Source: a virus
Taxonomy: Duplodnaviria; Caudoviricetes
Virus record (IMG/VR): IMGVR_UViG_3300032320_003318
Coordinates: 1-37,736 of that record
Length of the DNA: 37,736 nt
Strand: one strand, 5' to 3'
The notes beneath the pieces are model-generated. The model searched no databases. It was not told the origin of the DNA and saw nothing but the letters and a program-made list of their open reading frames with translations. Shown here in pieces: positions 18,464 to 27,731 of this stretch (its first letter is position 1; the number at the start of each line of letters is the position of its first letter). A program made the translations under genes and the position numbers.

Positions 18464-19278
18464 AGGTAAATATAAGAGATAAAAATTTTGGTGGCGAGCC
18501 CTCATCTTGCCATAAGGGCGTAAATAAATACGTACAGTGGGAATTCAATAACAACCCGGTTAGTAAGAGTTGTTTTATAACAGATATGTGCCTACCGGAT
18601 GTATTAAAAGCTAGCGGTGTACAACGAAAAATTGCTTGGATTCTCGAGCCGAGAGCAATCCATTCACAATGCTACGAATGGATTGAGCAGAATAATAAAT
18701 TATTTGATTTTGTTTTAACTTTTGATACTGATCTTATTGACCGTGGGGAGAATTTTTTATATTACCCGCACGGTCGCTGCTGGATAAACGGAGATCCTAT
18801 TTCTTCCAATAAAACAAATTTATGCTCTATTATTGCTTCTGGCAAAAATTTTACTATAGGGCATCAACTTAGACACGAAGTAATACAAAAAAACTATAGC
18901 GGGCTAGATGTATTTGGGTATGGTTATAAGCCTATAGAAGATAAGCGAGAAGCTTTAGATGAATATAAATTTTCAATTACTATTGAAAATTCCATTCAGC
19001 GAGGATATTGGACCGAAAAAATCGTAGATTGTTTTGCTACTAAGACGATACCCATTTTTTGGGGCGATAAATCTATTTGTGATCATTTTGATAAAGATGG
19101 TATTATTTTCTTTGAAGATATCAACTCTTTAGAAGCAATACTCGACGATATTAAAATTAACGGCGATAAAATCTACAATGATAAGCTTGATGCTATAAAT
19201 GGAAATTATGATATTGTCGAAAAATATCGCATTCCGGAAGATTGGGTGTATATTAATTATCCATTTTTATTCAACTAA
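18457..19278 (+). CDS. GT10 (alpha-1,3-fucosyltransferase-like) glycosyltransferase
   Basis: YKFSITIENS...GYWTEKIVDCF...TIPIFWG, the GT10 signature. Confidence 0.85.
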   Translation: MVKVNIRDKNFGGEPSSCHKGVNKYVQWEFNNNPVSKSCFITDMCLPDVLKASGVQRKIAWILEPRAIHSQCYEWIEQNNKLFDFVLTFDTDLIDRGENFLYYPHGRCWINGDPISSNKTNLCSIIASGKNFTIGHQLRHEVIQKNYSGLDVFGYGYKPIEDKREALDEYKFSITIENSIQRGYWTEKIVDCFATKTIPIFWGDKSICDHFDKDGIIFFEDINSLEAILDDIKINGDKIYNDKLDAINGNYDIVEKYRIPEDWVYINYPFLFN

Positions 19279-19300
19279 TAAATAATCGGGGACCGAAAAA

Positions 19301-19981
19301 ATGAAAAAACGAGCTCTCATTAAGCAACCTGCCGGTATCGGTGATATATTTTTCTGTCAAAAGATAGCAAAAAAAATACAAGATCAAGGGTATGAAATTA
19401 TTTGGCCTGTTATTCCAGAATTTTTATGGATTAAAAACTATATTGATGGTATAGTCTTTTGCGATATAAATGAACAAAGGCCTTTTGAGTATGATATAAT
19501 ATTTTCCCTTGAAGACGCAGATAAGCTATTTCCAAATATATCAGTTATGGAAGCTAAGTATAAATTAGCGGATCTTCGCTGGGACAACTGGGGCGATCAT
19601 TTTAAATTTAATCGCAACGTTGATGGAAAAGAAGATGCTCTGTTTTATGATGTTTTAAAGTTGACGGACGATTCAAAATATGCGTTAAAAAATTTCCATT
19701 TTGCATCGCCACCGCATGAGCAAATTTGTGAAGCTGCTAGGCAGGCCAATATAAATGGATTGCAAGAAATTTGCATGTCTAATATTGTTGGATTTACCCT
19801 GCTAGACTGGTCAAAGGTTATTGAGCGAGCTCAAACAATTCACACTGTTGAAACATCAATCAACTATATTATTGAAAAAGTGAATACAACTAACGATTTA
19901 CATATGTATTCTAAGTGGAATCCAGCAAACTTTTTTCATATAAAAAACCTTTTTAAGAAACCTTGGATATATCATGCTTGA
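19301..19981 (+). CDS. Putative GT-B fold glycosyltransferase (GT9-like)
   Basis: N-terminal GIGDIFF and C-terminal VIERAQTIHTVETS, resembling GT9 motifs; cluster context. Confidence 0.45.
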   Translation: MKKRALIKQPAGIGDIFFCQKIAKKIQDQGYEIIWPVIPEFLWIKNYIDGIVFCDINEQRPFEYDIIFSLEDADKLFPNISVMEAKYKLADLRWDNWGDHFKFNRNVDGKEDALFYDVLKLTDDSKYALKNFHFASPPHEQICEAARQANINGLQEICMSNIVGFTLLDWSKVIERAQTIHTVETSINYIIEKVNTTNDLHMYSKWNPANFFHIKNLFKKPWIYHA

Positions 19982-20627
19982 TTTAAACAACGTCACTTTA
20001 ATAATTATTGAGCCAGTAAATTCGGATGATGCAGTAAAAACTCTCGATATTTGCTGCCAAGGTATTAAGTTCGGCTCGAGTAAAATTTTTACTGCATTAA
20101 AACCAGAGAGGCCGTGCACCCATCAACTAGTTGAAATCTCGCAATTTAATTATGAAGAATATAGTCAGTTTGTTGTGAGAGGCCTCGCAGACGTAGTTGA
20201 TACAGATTTTTGCTTGATTGTACAGACGGATGGTTTTGTAATTAATGCAAACAAATGGACAGATGAATTTTACAACTATGATTATATCGGCGCGAAGTGG
20301 AACAGAGGCAGGTTAATGCATCAATGTCAGTGGATACATCCCCACATTAAGCAGCAAGGCATAGAAAAAATTAATACTGTAGGTAATGGAGGATTCAGCC
20401 TGAGAAGCAAAAAATTACTAAATTTGTGCGCAACTGCTCCGGAGCAATTTACAGGGCCTGAGGATGCCTATGTGTGCAACAACAACAAGGAGTATTTTGA
20501 ATCATTTGGTATAAAATACGCTCCAGAGTACATTGCAGATATATTCTCTCAAGACCCATTAATAGATAAATCAGCAACTTTTGGATTTCACGGTAATAAA
20601 GGATTAATTCATGATTATTCTCTATAG
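19974..20627 (+). CDS. DUF5672-like GT-A protein
   Basis: LIVQTDGFV, YDYIGAKW, VGNGGFSLRSKK, PED and FGFH motifs. Confidence 0.8.
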   Translation: MLDLNNVTLIIIEPVNSDDAVKTLDICCQGIKFGSSKIFTALKPERPCTHQLVEISQFNYEEYSQFVVRGLADVVDTDFCLIVQTDGFVINANKWTDEFYNYDYIGAKWNRGRLMHQCQWIHPHIKQQGIEKINTVGNGGFSLRSKKLLNLCATAPEQFTGPEDAYVCNNNKEYFESFGIKYAPEYIADIFSQDPLIDKSATFGFHGNKGLIHDYSL

Positions 20628-21312
20628 AGCATCAAACTATGAGTTGGAGAGAGGAGCATTTAAATCCAACAGACCCTTTTGGTTTAGCAAGCAGAAGTGC
20701 TTCAAGAGTATAATGGATGCCTTTCATGCGTCCTATATACTTGACGGTCAACATGAAATGCATGTAGTTTTAGATGGACCGCGTGGCGAACTTTCAGAAT
20801 ATATTGAATCATTTAAGCATGTAAACATAAGACAGATAAATGCAAACGGAAATGCGGCATGTCTTTCTCATGTATATGATATTTACTTAAATGAATTTAG
20901 TAACCGAGATGTATATTTTGTTGAGGATGATTATCTGCATTTACCGAATAGTATCGATTTAATATCTGAAGGCGTAAATAGCTTCGATCTTGTTACAGGA
21001 TATGATCACACGGATAGATATACGCGTACAGATGATAATACATATCGTCAAGAATCTATCGTACTTGGTAAAACATGTCACTGGAGGACTGCGGAAAGTA
21101 CAACGTGTACGTGGGCAACTAAGGGCGGGGAGTGGGGCAACCAGCTGATAAAAACTGCAAAACATTACTTACTTGAAGATAGAGCATTTTTTAGGCACTT
21201 GATAAGTTCTGAAATAAGACTATATATACCTATGCCAGGATGTACAACTCACATGAACGCTTGTCAGCTTTCCCCATATACGGATTGGCAATCATTTAAC
21301 GAAACGTTATGA
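20611..21312 (+). CDS. Putative GT-A glycosyltransferase
   Basis: VYFVEDDYLH, YDHTDRY and HWRT..STT.TW motifs. Confidence 0.65.
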   Translation: MIILYRASNYELERGAFKSNRPFWFSKQKCFKSIMDAFHASYILDGQHEMHVVLDGPRGELSEYIESFKHVNIRQINANGNAACLSHVYDIYLNEFSNRDVYFVEDDYLHLPNSIDLISEGVNSFDLVTGYDHTDRYTRTDDNTYRQESIVLGKTCHWRTAESTTCTWATKGGEWGNQLIKTAKHYLLEDRAFFRHLISSEIRLYIPMPGCTTHMNACQLSPYTDWQSFNETL

Positions 21313-21335
21313 AAATTTTAATAACAGGCAAATGA
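21309..21335 (+). pseudogene. 8-codon remnant of an NAD-dependent epimerase N-terminus (MKILITGK*)
   Basis: ATG overlaps the upstream stop (ATGA) and encodes the classic Rossmann start MKILITG before a TGA. Confidence 0.55.
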
Positions 21336-21390
21336 AATTCAAACTACGTAGTTGAAGAGACAGGCCTGGGCCGCAATATTATAATAATTT

Positions 21391-22002
21391 ATGAACCTAC
21401 TGGAATTAGCTGACAAATACCTTACCGACAAGGGTACTAATTTTTTTGATAAAGCGCCGGGAGCGGGGCATATGTATGCTCCTGTGTATGATTTGTTTCT
21501 CTCCCATTTGAGAGATAAATCAATCAACTTGCTTGAAATAGGAGTTGCAAAAGGAGCATCATTATGCATGTGGCAGGAATATTTTAAGAATGCTACAATT
21601 GTCGGTCTCGATATTACACTCGATCACGTTGATAAATCTAGACCGTTGGGGGTTGAGGGTGGAGGATGGCCAGATCTAGATACAATTGTGTTAAAGCAAG
21701 GCAGTCAAGTTGATGCAAATGTTTTAGATAATATTTTTAATGAGTATAAATCATTTGATGTAGTAATTGATGATGGTAGTCATTTTAACGAGCATCAGCA
21801 ATTTACCTTCAAGCACATTTGGCCAAAATTAAGATCTGGGGATATTTACATAATTGAAGACATACACTACGAAAAGCAAAATGAAAATTCCACACTAAAC
21901 TCTATTTTTAAAATTATGCTCAATAGCGACTCGTTTGAGTGCCAATTTATGAATGTTCTTTATACAGATGCTAATAGCTTGACCTGCATCCTCAAAAAAT
22001 AA
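21391..22002 (+). CDS. Class I SAM-dependent (sugar O-) methyltransferase
   Basis: LLEIGV..GASL.MW.EYF, IVGLDI and DVVIDDGSH...YIIED motifs; TATAAT (21380-21385)-N5-ATG. Confidence 0.85.
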   Translation: MNLLELADKYLTDKGTNFFDKAPGAGHMYAPVYDLFLSHLRDKSINLLEIGVAKGASLCMWQEYFKNATIVGLDITLDHVDKSRPLGVEGGGWPDLDTIVLKQGSQVDANVLDNIFNEYKSFDVVIDDGSHFNEHQQFTFKHIWPKLRSGDIYIIEDIHYEKQNENSTLNSIFKIMLNSDSFECQFMNVLYTDANSLTCILKK

Positions 22003-22004
22003 TT

Positions 22005-22790
22005 ATGAGAAAAGTTTACGATTGTTTTACATTTTTTAATGAGCTGCATCTTCTAGAGCTTAGACTTAATGAATTAAACAGTGTAGTAGATAAGTTCGTT
22101 ATAGTTGAAGGAGAGCAAACATGGCAAAATAAAGATAAGGAACTTTATTTCGCAAAAAACAAACACATCTTTGATAATTTCGCAGATAAAATTATTCATA
22201 TAGTTGTACCTGCTGCAGAATCTCAAAATAACTCATGGGATAATGAATCCCATGCTTTTAACTGTATTGCTCGAGGTTTAAATGATGCCGCCGACAATGA
22301 CCTTATTATGGTAAGTGCAGTTGATGAAATCCCAAAGCCTGCCCGCATTAGCGAGTTGTATCAATCCCTTGATACAGATGTACATTTTTTGCAACAGCTC
22401 TATTATTTGTACTTCAATACAAAATTTGGTGAAGCGAGTACGGATTGGCCCGGTACATATGTATGTCCGTGGAAACTGCTAAAATCCAAAAGCAGCATAT
22501 ACGATGCAGCAATAAGATCGCGAAATACAATTGCATTTGTTGCAGATGGTGGTTGGCATTTTTCATATACAGGCGGCCCAGAGTTTATTTTTAGTAAATT
22601 GCAAAGTTTTGCTCATACAGAGTGGGTACATATGACAATACAAGATATTCAAAAACGTTTTAATACTCTGTCAGATCCAATTGAGAGGTCAAGTGGTATG
22701 AAATTTCGGGGATACGATACATTGGATAATATGCCGTCAACTGTCCAGAACAATATGCGCCGCTATTCACAGTACTTTATTAATATATGA
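22005..22790 (+). CDS. GT17 (MGAT3-like beta-1,4-GlcNAc transferase) family protein
   Basis: YDCFTFFNEL.LLELRL.EL..VVDKFVIVE, VDEIP and GGWHFSY...KLQSFAH motifs. Confidence 0.88.
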   Translation: MRKVYDCFTFFNELHLLELRLNELNSVVDKFVIVEGEQTWQNKDKELYFAKNKHIFDNFADKIIHIVVPAAESQNNSWDNESHAFNCIARGLNDAADNDLIMVSAVDEIPKPARISELYQSLDTDVHFLQQLYYLYFNTKFGEASTDWPGTYVCPWKLLKSKSSIYDAAIRSRNTIAFVADGGWHFSYTGGPEFIFSKLQSFAHTEWVHMTIQDIQKRFNTLSDPIERSSGMKFRGYDTLDNMPSTVQNNMRRYSQYFINI

Positions 22791-23710
22791 AAATCTTAAT
22801 CATTGGAGGTACTGGCTATATTGGAAGCAGATTATTTTTCGATCTGCATCAAAAATATTCAATAGATACTATCGATCTAGAATGGTTTGGCAATGTATCT
22901 AACAACAAAAATATTAAACAAGATTTTGCGCACATTGACGAATCTTTTATTTTAAATTATGATGCTATTATTTTGTTAGCCGGTCATTCAAGTGTAGGTA
23001 TGTGCATTGATAATATGATGCCTACATTTAATAATAATGTCAGAAACTTTTGCTCATTGTTGCAAAAAATTTACAATATATTAAATCAAAAACGGGTCAA
23101 ATTTATATATGCGAGCAGCTCAAGTGTATATGGAAGTTGTCATGATAGAATTTCCCTAGAGTCTGATGCTTTTTTTTCGCCCCACAACTATTACGATCTT
23201 TCCAAACAAGAGATTGATTATTACTCAGCAATAACAAAAGACATAGAATATTATTCCCTGCGCTTCGGTACAGTTTGTGGGTGGTCAACAAACATACGAA
23301 ATGATATCATGATAAATGCCATGTACAGATCATTTAAAGATTCCAACAAAATATTTTGCATGAACCAGTCTAATTATAGGCCTATCTTAGATATTAGCGA
23401 TTTATCTGCAGCAGTTGAGACTATTATCACAAAAGGTAATTCACAAAAGAGAGGTGTATATAATCTAGTTTCTTTCAACAGTACTATTGGCGATATTGCC
23501 ATTAAAACAGCAGACGAGCTGGGCTGCGAGCTGGTGTACGAAAATTCTGGAGGAAACAGTATATATAGTTTTTCTGCATCAAATGAAAAATTTTGCAATA
23601 CATTTAATTTTAATTTTAGGGGCAGCATTAAAGCCATAATTGATAGTTTAAAAAATCCGCAAGCCGACTATATAATGTCAGGAAGAAGCAACAAAGTTAG
23701 TTATGATTGA
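22787..23710 (+). CDS. NAD-dependent sugar epimerase/dehydratase/reductase (extended SDR)
   Basis: GGTGYIG, YASSSSVYG, YDLSK and LRFGTVCG motifs. Confidence 0.9.
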   Translation: MKILIIGGTGYIGSRLFFDLHQKYSIDTIDLEWFGNVSNNKNIKQDFAHIDESFILNYDAIILLAGHSSVGMCIDNMMPTFNNNVRNFCSLLQKIYNILNQKRVKFIYASSSSVYGSCHDRISLESDAFFSPHNYYDLSKQEIDYYSAITKDIEYYSLRFGTVCGWSTNIRNDIMINAMYRSFKDSNKIFCMNQSNYRPILDISDLSAAVETIITKGNSQKRGVYNLVSFNSTIGDIAIKTADELGCELVYENSGGNSIYSFSASNEKFCNTFNFNFRGSIKAIIDSLKNPQADYIMSGRSNKVSYD

Positions 23711-24932
23711 GAATATTAAATGCTGCAGACTATGCAAATCTCCTAATATACAGAATGTGGTTTCATTTGGAGAATGCGCGCTTGCTAACTCCTTTCCACT
23801 CTCAAAAGAAGAGACACAAGCTACATACCCACTAACTGTTGTAAGATGTAATGAATGTTTTCATATTCAGCTGAAAGAAACAATTGATCCTAAATATTTA
23901 TTTGAAAATTATCTTTATTCCAGCTCTGATTCACCATCACTCTTAACCCATTTTAAAAATTATGCATATTCAATTGCGCAAAAATTTATAAATTATACCA
24001 ATCCTAAAATACTTGAAATTGGATGCAATGATGGTGTTCTATTAAACGCGATTAAGTGTATGGGGTACAGTAACTTGATTGGGGTTGATCCAGCGACAAA
24101 CATTGTAAATAGAGCTTCTAAGATAGATGGTGCAATCATTTACAATGACTTTTTCAATAAAACAGTGGCTGATAAAATTGTTAAAAATCATGGGTGTATA
24201 GATGTTATATGTGCAAATAATGTATTAGCGCATGTAGATCAACTCGACAGCATCATGGAGGGCATTGAAAGTTGCTTGAGTAGCGAAGGCATTTTGGTGT
24301 TTGAAAACGCTTATCTGCTCGATACTATCAAAGGGTTATACTTTGATCAGGTATATCATGAACATTTGCAGTATTTTAGCATAATACCACTCATCAAATA
24401 CTTAGCCAAATATAAGCTCAAAATTTTTGATATTGAGATGGTAGATACTCAGGGAGGTTCTTTTAGAATTTTTGCACAAAAGCAGCTGACCGGTAAATTT
24501 GATAGTAGTAAAGCGGTGGACGCGGCTATAGAAGCAGAAAATAGCTTCAATCTGCATGAGATGAGCACTTATACCAAATTTGTTAATAAGCTCTCAGAGC
24601 TTCACACAGAGTTTGTAAGTCTTATTAAATCTCTCAAGCAGCAAGGCAAGACTATTAGCTGTTATGGTTGCCCGGCAAAATTTGCTTTGTTTAGTAAATT
24701 TTTTAATCTCAATGATGATATAATTGAGTATGTTGTTGATGATGCATCGCTCAAACAGGGAAGATTTTCGCCTGGCGCAAAAATTAAGATTGTTAATAGA
24801 GATTATTTTTATGCAAATCCAACAGATTATTGTATAATTTCTGTATGGAATATGGCAGACTCAATTATTAAAAACAATAAACAATATACAGGAAAGTTTA
24901 TTCTGCCAATGCCTGTTGTTAAAATAATATAG
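23703..24932 (+). CDS. NDP-hexose C-methyltransferase (Zn-binding, TcaB9/NovU-like)
   Basis: CRLC...LANSF...C.EC.HIQL Zn site, LEIGCNDG, NNVLAH, FDQVYHEH, GGS.R and YG.PAK motifs. Confidence 0.88.
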   Translation: MIENIKCCRLCKSPNIQNVVSFGECALANSFPLSKEETQATYPLTVVRCNECFHIQLKETIDPKYLFENYLYSSSDSPSLLTHFKNYAYSIAQKFINYTNPKILEIGCNDGVLLNAIKCMGYSNLIGVDPATNIVNRASKIDGAIIYNDFFNKTVADKIVKNHGCIDVICANNVLAHVDQLDSIMEGIESCLSSEGILVFENAYLLDTIKGLYFDQVYHEHLQYFSIIPLIKYLAKYKLKIFDIEMVDTQGGSFRIFAQKQLTGKFDSSKAVDAAIEAENSFNLHEMSTYTKFVNKLSELHTEFVSLIKSLKQQGKTISCYGCPAKFALFSKFFNLNDDIIEYVVDDASLKQGRFSPGAKIKIVNRDYFYANPTDYCIISVWNMADSIIKNNKQYTGKFILPMPVVKII

Positions 24933-24948
24933 TCTTTAAAATATATTT

Positions 24949-25791
24949 ATGATTAGTAATACATGGATGTCGAATTTTGGAAATAATATGTTTCAGTGGG
25001 CTGTATCGTATGCTGTAAGCAAAAAGACGGGGTTTGAATTGTTTAATTCAGACTGGGGCGGAGCTAGTAATGATAGTACACCGAGCGGGAATGGAATAGA
25101 AATTTTTAATCTACCACCTAAAACTCAAACTTCAAATGTTTGTCATCATTGTTTTATGGATTCTAGCTGTGCAGAACAAACGTTTAATCCAGAAATTTTT
25201 AATGTCGCTGATAATACTCTGCTAGAAGGATATTTTCAAACAGATAAATATTTTATTGATTGCAGAGACGATATTCTCAATTTTTTTACCTTTAAAGATA
25301 AAACTATTGATGAGAGAGCTATTAACTTCTTAAAAAGCTTTAATAAAAAAGCGGTTATTTGCGCACACAGCAGAGAGGGGGATTATTTAGCGGGAGACGG
25401 GTTTCCAATTCCTAATGATTGGTATTTTAAGAGAGCTGTTGATAAAATTTTAGAAATAAACAACTTAAGCAAAGAGGATGTTGGCATTGCATTCATATCG
25501 GATAATAAGAATAGCGATAGGGCTAATATATTAATTAATGAAGGGTTTGATATTAAGGTATCGCCCTTTGATGTGGAAGATAAACTTCTAGATTTAAGTA
25601 TTATGAAGAATGCCCACCATTGTATCACTGCCGCATCTAGTTTTTCATGGTGGGGAGCATGGCTTAATAGAAATTCTCCAACAATTATATCTCCAATGTA
25701 TTGGTTTAATTATCATAAAAATACAACAGTTTGGTCGCCACAAGATATTGCTATGTCTATTCCTAATCAACATTTTCTTAATAATGAATAA
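24949..25791 (+). CDS. GT11 (alpha-1,2-fucosyltransferase-like) glycosyltransferase
   Basis: FGNNMFQ, GYFQ..KYF, HSREGDY and SSFSWWGAWL motifs. Confidence 0.9.
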   Translation: MISNTWMSNFGNNMFQWAVSYAVSKKTGFELFNSDWGGASNDSTPSGNGIEIFNLPPKTQTSNVCHHCFMDSSCAEQTFNPEIFNVADNTLLEGYFQTDKYFIDCRDDILNFFTFKDKTIDERAINFLKSFNKKAVICAHSREGDYLAGDGFPIPNDWYFKRAVDKILEINNLSKEDVGIAFISDNKNSDRANILINEGFDIKVSPFDVEDKLLDLSIMKNAHHCITAASSFSWWGAWLNRNSPTIISPMYWFNYHKNTTVWSPQDIAMSIPNQHFLNNE

Positions 25792-26323
25792 CATAAAATT
25801 ACATTTAGGCTGTGGCAATAAGCACATTGATGGCTATACTAATATTGATGTTAGGTACATTCCAGGCGTCGATGCTGTCGACAACATTAAATATCTCAGA
25901 AGCTATAAACTCTCCTCTGTAAGTACTATATATGCATCTCATGTTCTTGAGCATTTTTCTCGTTGGGATTATAAAGATGCTCTTAAAAGATGGTATGAAA
26001 TTCTCGCGCACGGCGGCATTCTCAGAGTTGCAGTGCCAGATTTTAAAGCAATAGTGGAATATTATATTGAGACCGGAAATTTAAATGCTATACGAGGCCT
26101 GATGTACGGCGGGCAGGACTATAATGAAAATTTTCATTATTGGTGTTGGGATTTTGAACATCTTAAAAAAGACCTCTTAGATGTAGGGTTTTCTTTTGTA
26201 GAACGTTATGACTGGAGAGACACAGAGCACTCAAGCATAGATGATTTTAGTCAATCATATTTACCACATCTTGAAAAAGAAACAGGTAGACTCATGAGCC
26301 TAAATATTTGCGCAAAAAAATGA
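25784..26323 (+). CDS. SAM-dependent methyltransferase (type 11-like)
   Basis: KLHLGCG, YTNID, ASHVLEH and GG.LRVAVPD motifs. Start reassigned to ATG 25784. Confidence 0.85.
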   Translation: MNNIKLHLGCGNKHIDGYTNIDVRYIPGVDAVDNIKYLRSYKLSSVSTIYASHVLEHFSRWDYKDALKRWYEILAHGGILRVAVPDFKAIVEYYIETGNLNAIRGLMYGGQDYNENFHYWCWDFEHLKKDLLDVGFSFVERYDWRDTEHSSIDDFSQSYLPHLEKETGRLMSLNICAKK

Positions 26324-26937
26324 TTTTCAATTTACATAGCATTATTGAAAAATATAATATAAAGCTTGAAAATATTATACATGTAGGGGGACATGTTGGT
26401 ACAGAGATAGAATTATATAAAGAAATAAATAAAGAATGTTGTATTCAAATATTTGAACCTACCCCGGAGTCATACGAGCAACTTCTTAAAGCCGCTGCTA
26501 AATACTCCAAGGTTTACCCACATAACGTTGCATTAGGAGATACTGAGAGTGTTATGACGATGCATGTAGACTGCGCGTCTAAAATGTCTAATTCTCTACT
26601 AAAACCAAAGGTTCATATTATACAATATCCGCATATAACATTTGAAGAGGAGATTGAAGTTCAGGTCAAAACTCTTGATAGTTATCAATTAGATAGTACA
26701 TATAATTTTTTAAATATCGATGTACAGGGATTCGAAGATAGAGTACTGAGGGGAGGTATTAATACGCTCAAAAATATAAAATATATAATAATTGAAGTTA
26801 ACAATCAAGAACTATATGAAACAGGTGTACTTTATGATGAGCTTGATGAATTTTTAAGATCGCAAGGGTTTGAATGCAAGGAGATTGATTGGGCTGGAGG
26901 TACTTGGGGAGATGCGTTTTATATGAGATCGAATTAA
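26320..26937 (+). CDS. FkbM family methyltransferase
   Basis: IHVGGHVG.E, FEP, NVALG and FLNIDVQGFE..VL.G...L motifs; ATGA-coupled start at 26320. Confidence 0.88.
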   Translation: MIFNLHSIIEKYNIKLENIIHVGGHVGTEIELYKEINKECCIQIFEPTPESYEQLLKAAAKYSKVYPHNVALGDTESVMTMHVDCASKMSNSLLKPKVHIIQYPHITFEEEIEVQVKTLDSYQLDSTYNFLNIDVQGFEDRVLRGGINTLKNIKYIIIEVNNQELYETGVLYDELDEFLRSQGFECKEIDWAGGTWGDAFYMRSN

Positions 26938-26943
26938 AAAAAG

Positions 26944-26971
26944 TTGCCATAAAAAAAATATATATTATCTT
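26944..26971 (+). promoter_or_regulatory. Sigma70-like promoter
   Basis: TTGCCA-N16-TATCTT-N4-ATG(26976). Confidence 0.45.
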
Positions 26972-26975
26972 TAGT

Positions 26976-27695
26976 ATGAAAAAATATTTTATGAGCTATG
27001 GTACCTCGCACACTTGTCACGGCAATCTCCGTGATATGTGTGCTAAAAGTTTTTTACATTTTAATAATTTTGATTCTTATTTTCTTTTAGATGAAAAATC
27101 TATAAAGGAGGGCTATTATCAAAAGCATATTAACATTTTTTCGCAAAAAAGAGGGGCGGGTTATTGGCTATGGAAGCCTTATCTTATTGATAGAATATTA
27201 TCTACTATGGAGGAAAATGATATTTTAATGTATTGTGATTCTTGTATAAGTCAAATTAATGATTTGAGCGAGGTATTAGCTTTAGCATTTAACAGACATA
27301 TTATTACCTTTATAATAAATGATGGTATGAGTGATGAACGAGAGGTATGTAAGAGAGATGCTCTAATTTTGACTGATAGTGATAATGATACTATGTGGAG
27401 CGAGCCTATACCAGGCCAATTAGGGGCTAGTTATATATTTTTTCGTAAAACTCCTAGCACTGTTAATATAGTAAAAAAATGGCTAACTTTCTGCGAAGAC
27501 GAAAGAATTCTTACCGATAAAGAAAACGTAATGGGCAAACCTAATTATCCAATGTTTGTAGATCATAGACACGATCAATCGGTACTTAGCTTGCTTTGTA
27601 AACAGAATAATTTGGCGCCCATATACGATATTACTCAGTATGGTAATGATTATAGAAAAGAGTCGTGGGGACAGCTGTTACACCATGGTAGATAA
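26976..27695 (+). CDS. Putative GT-A nucleotide-sugar transferase
   Basis: RGAGYWLWKPY.I, LMYCDS and HRHDQSVLS motifs. Start reassigned to ATG 26976. Confidence 0.65.
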   Translation: MKKYFMSYGTSHTCHGNLRDMCAKSFLHFNNFDSYFLLDEKSIKEGYYQKHINIFSQKRGAGYWLWKPYLIDRILSTMEENDILMYCDSCISQINDLSEVLALAFNRHIITFIINDGMSDEREVCKRDALILTDSDNDTMWSEPIPGQLGASYIFFRKTPSTVNIVKKWLTFCEDERILTDKENVMGKPNYPMFVDHRHDQSVLSLLCKQNNLAPIYDITQYGNDYRKESWGQLLHHGR

Positions 27696-27698
27696 GTG

Positions 27699-27726
27699 TT
27701 GATTTATCATTTATATCGTGTATATT
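27699..27726 (+). promoter_or_regulatory. Sigma70-like promoter
   Basis: TTGATT-N16-TATATT-N5-ATG(27732). Confidence 0.65.
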
Positions 27727-27731
27727 TATTT

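Noticed and set aside
25610-27731. Extended N-termini in the ORF track (25610, 26308, 26889, 27696; also 5705 and 16446)
   Set aside because: The extensions overlap neighbouring genes or promoter motifs; family motifs begin at the downstream ATGs.
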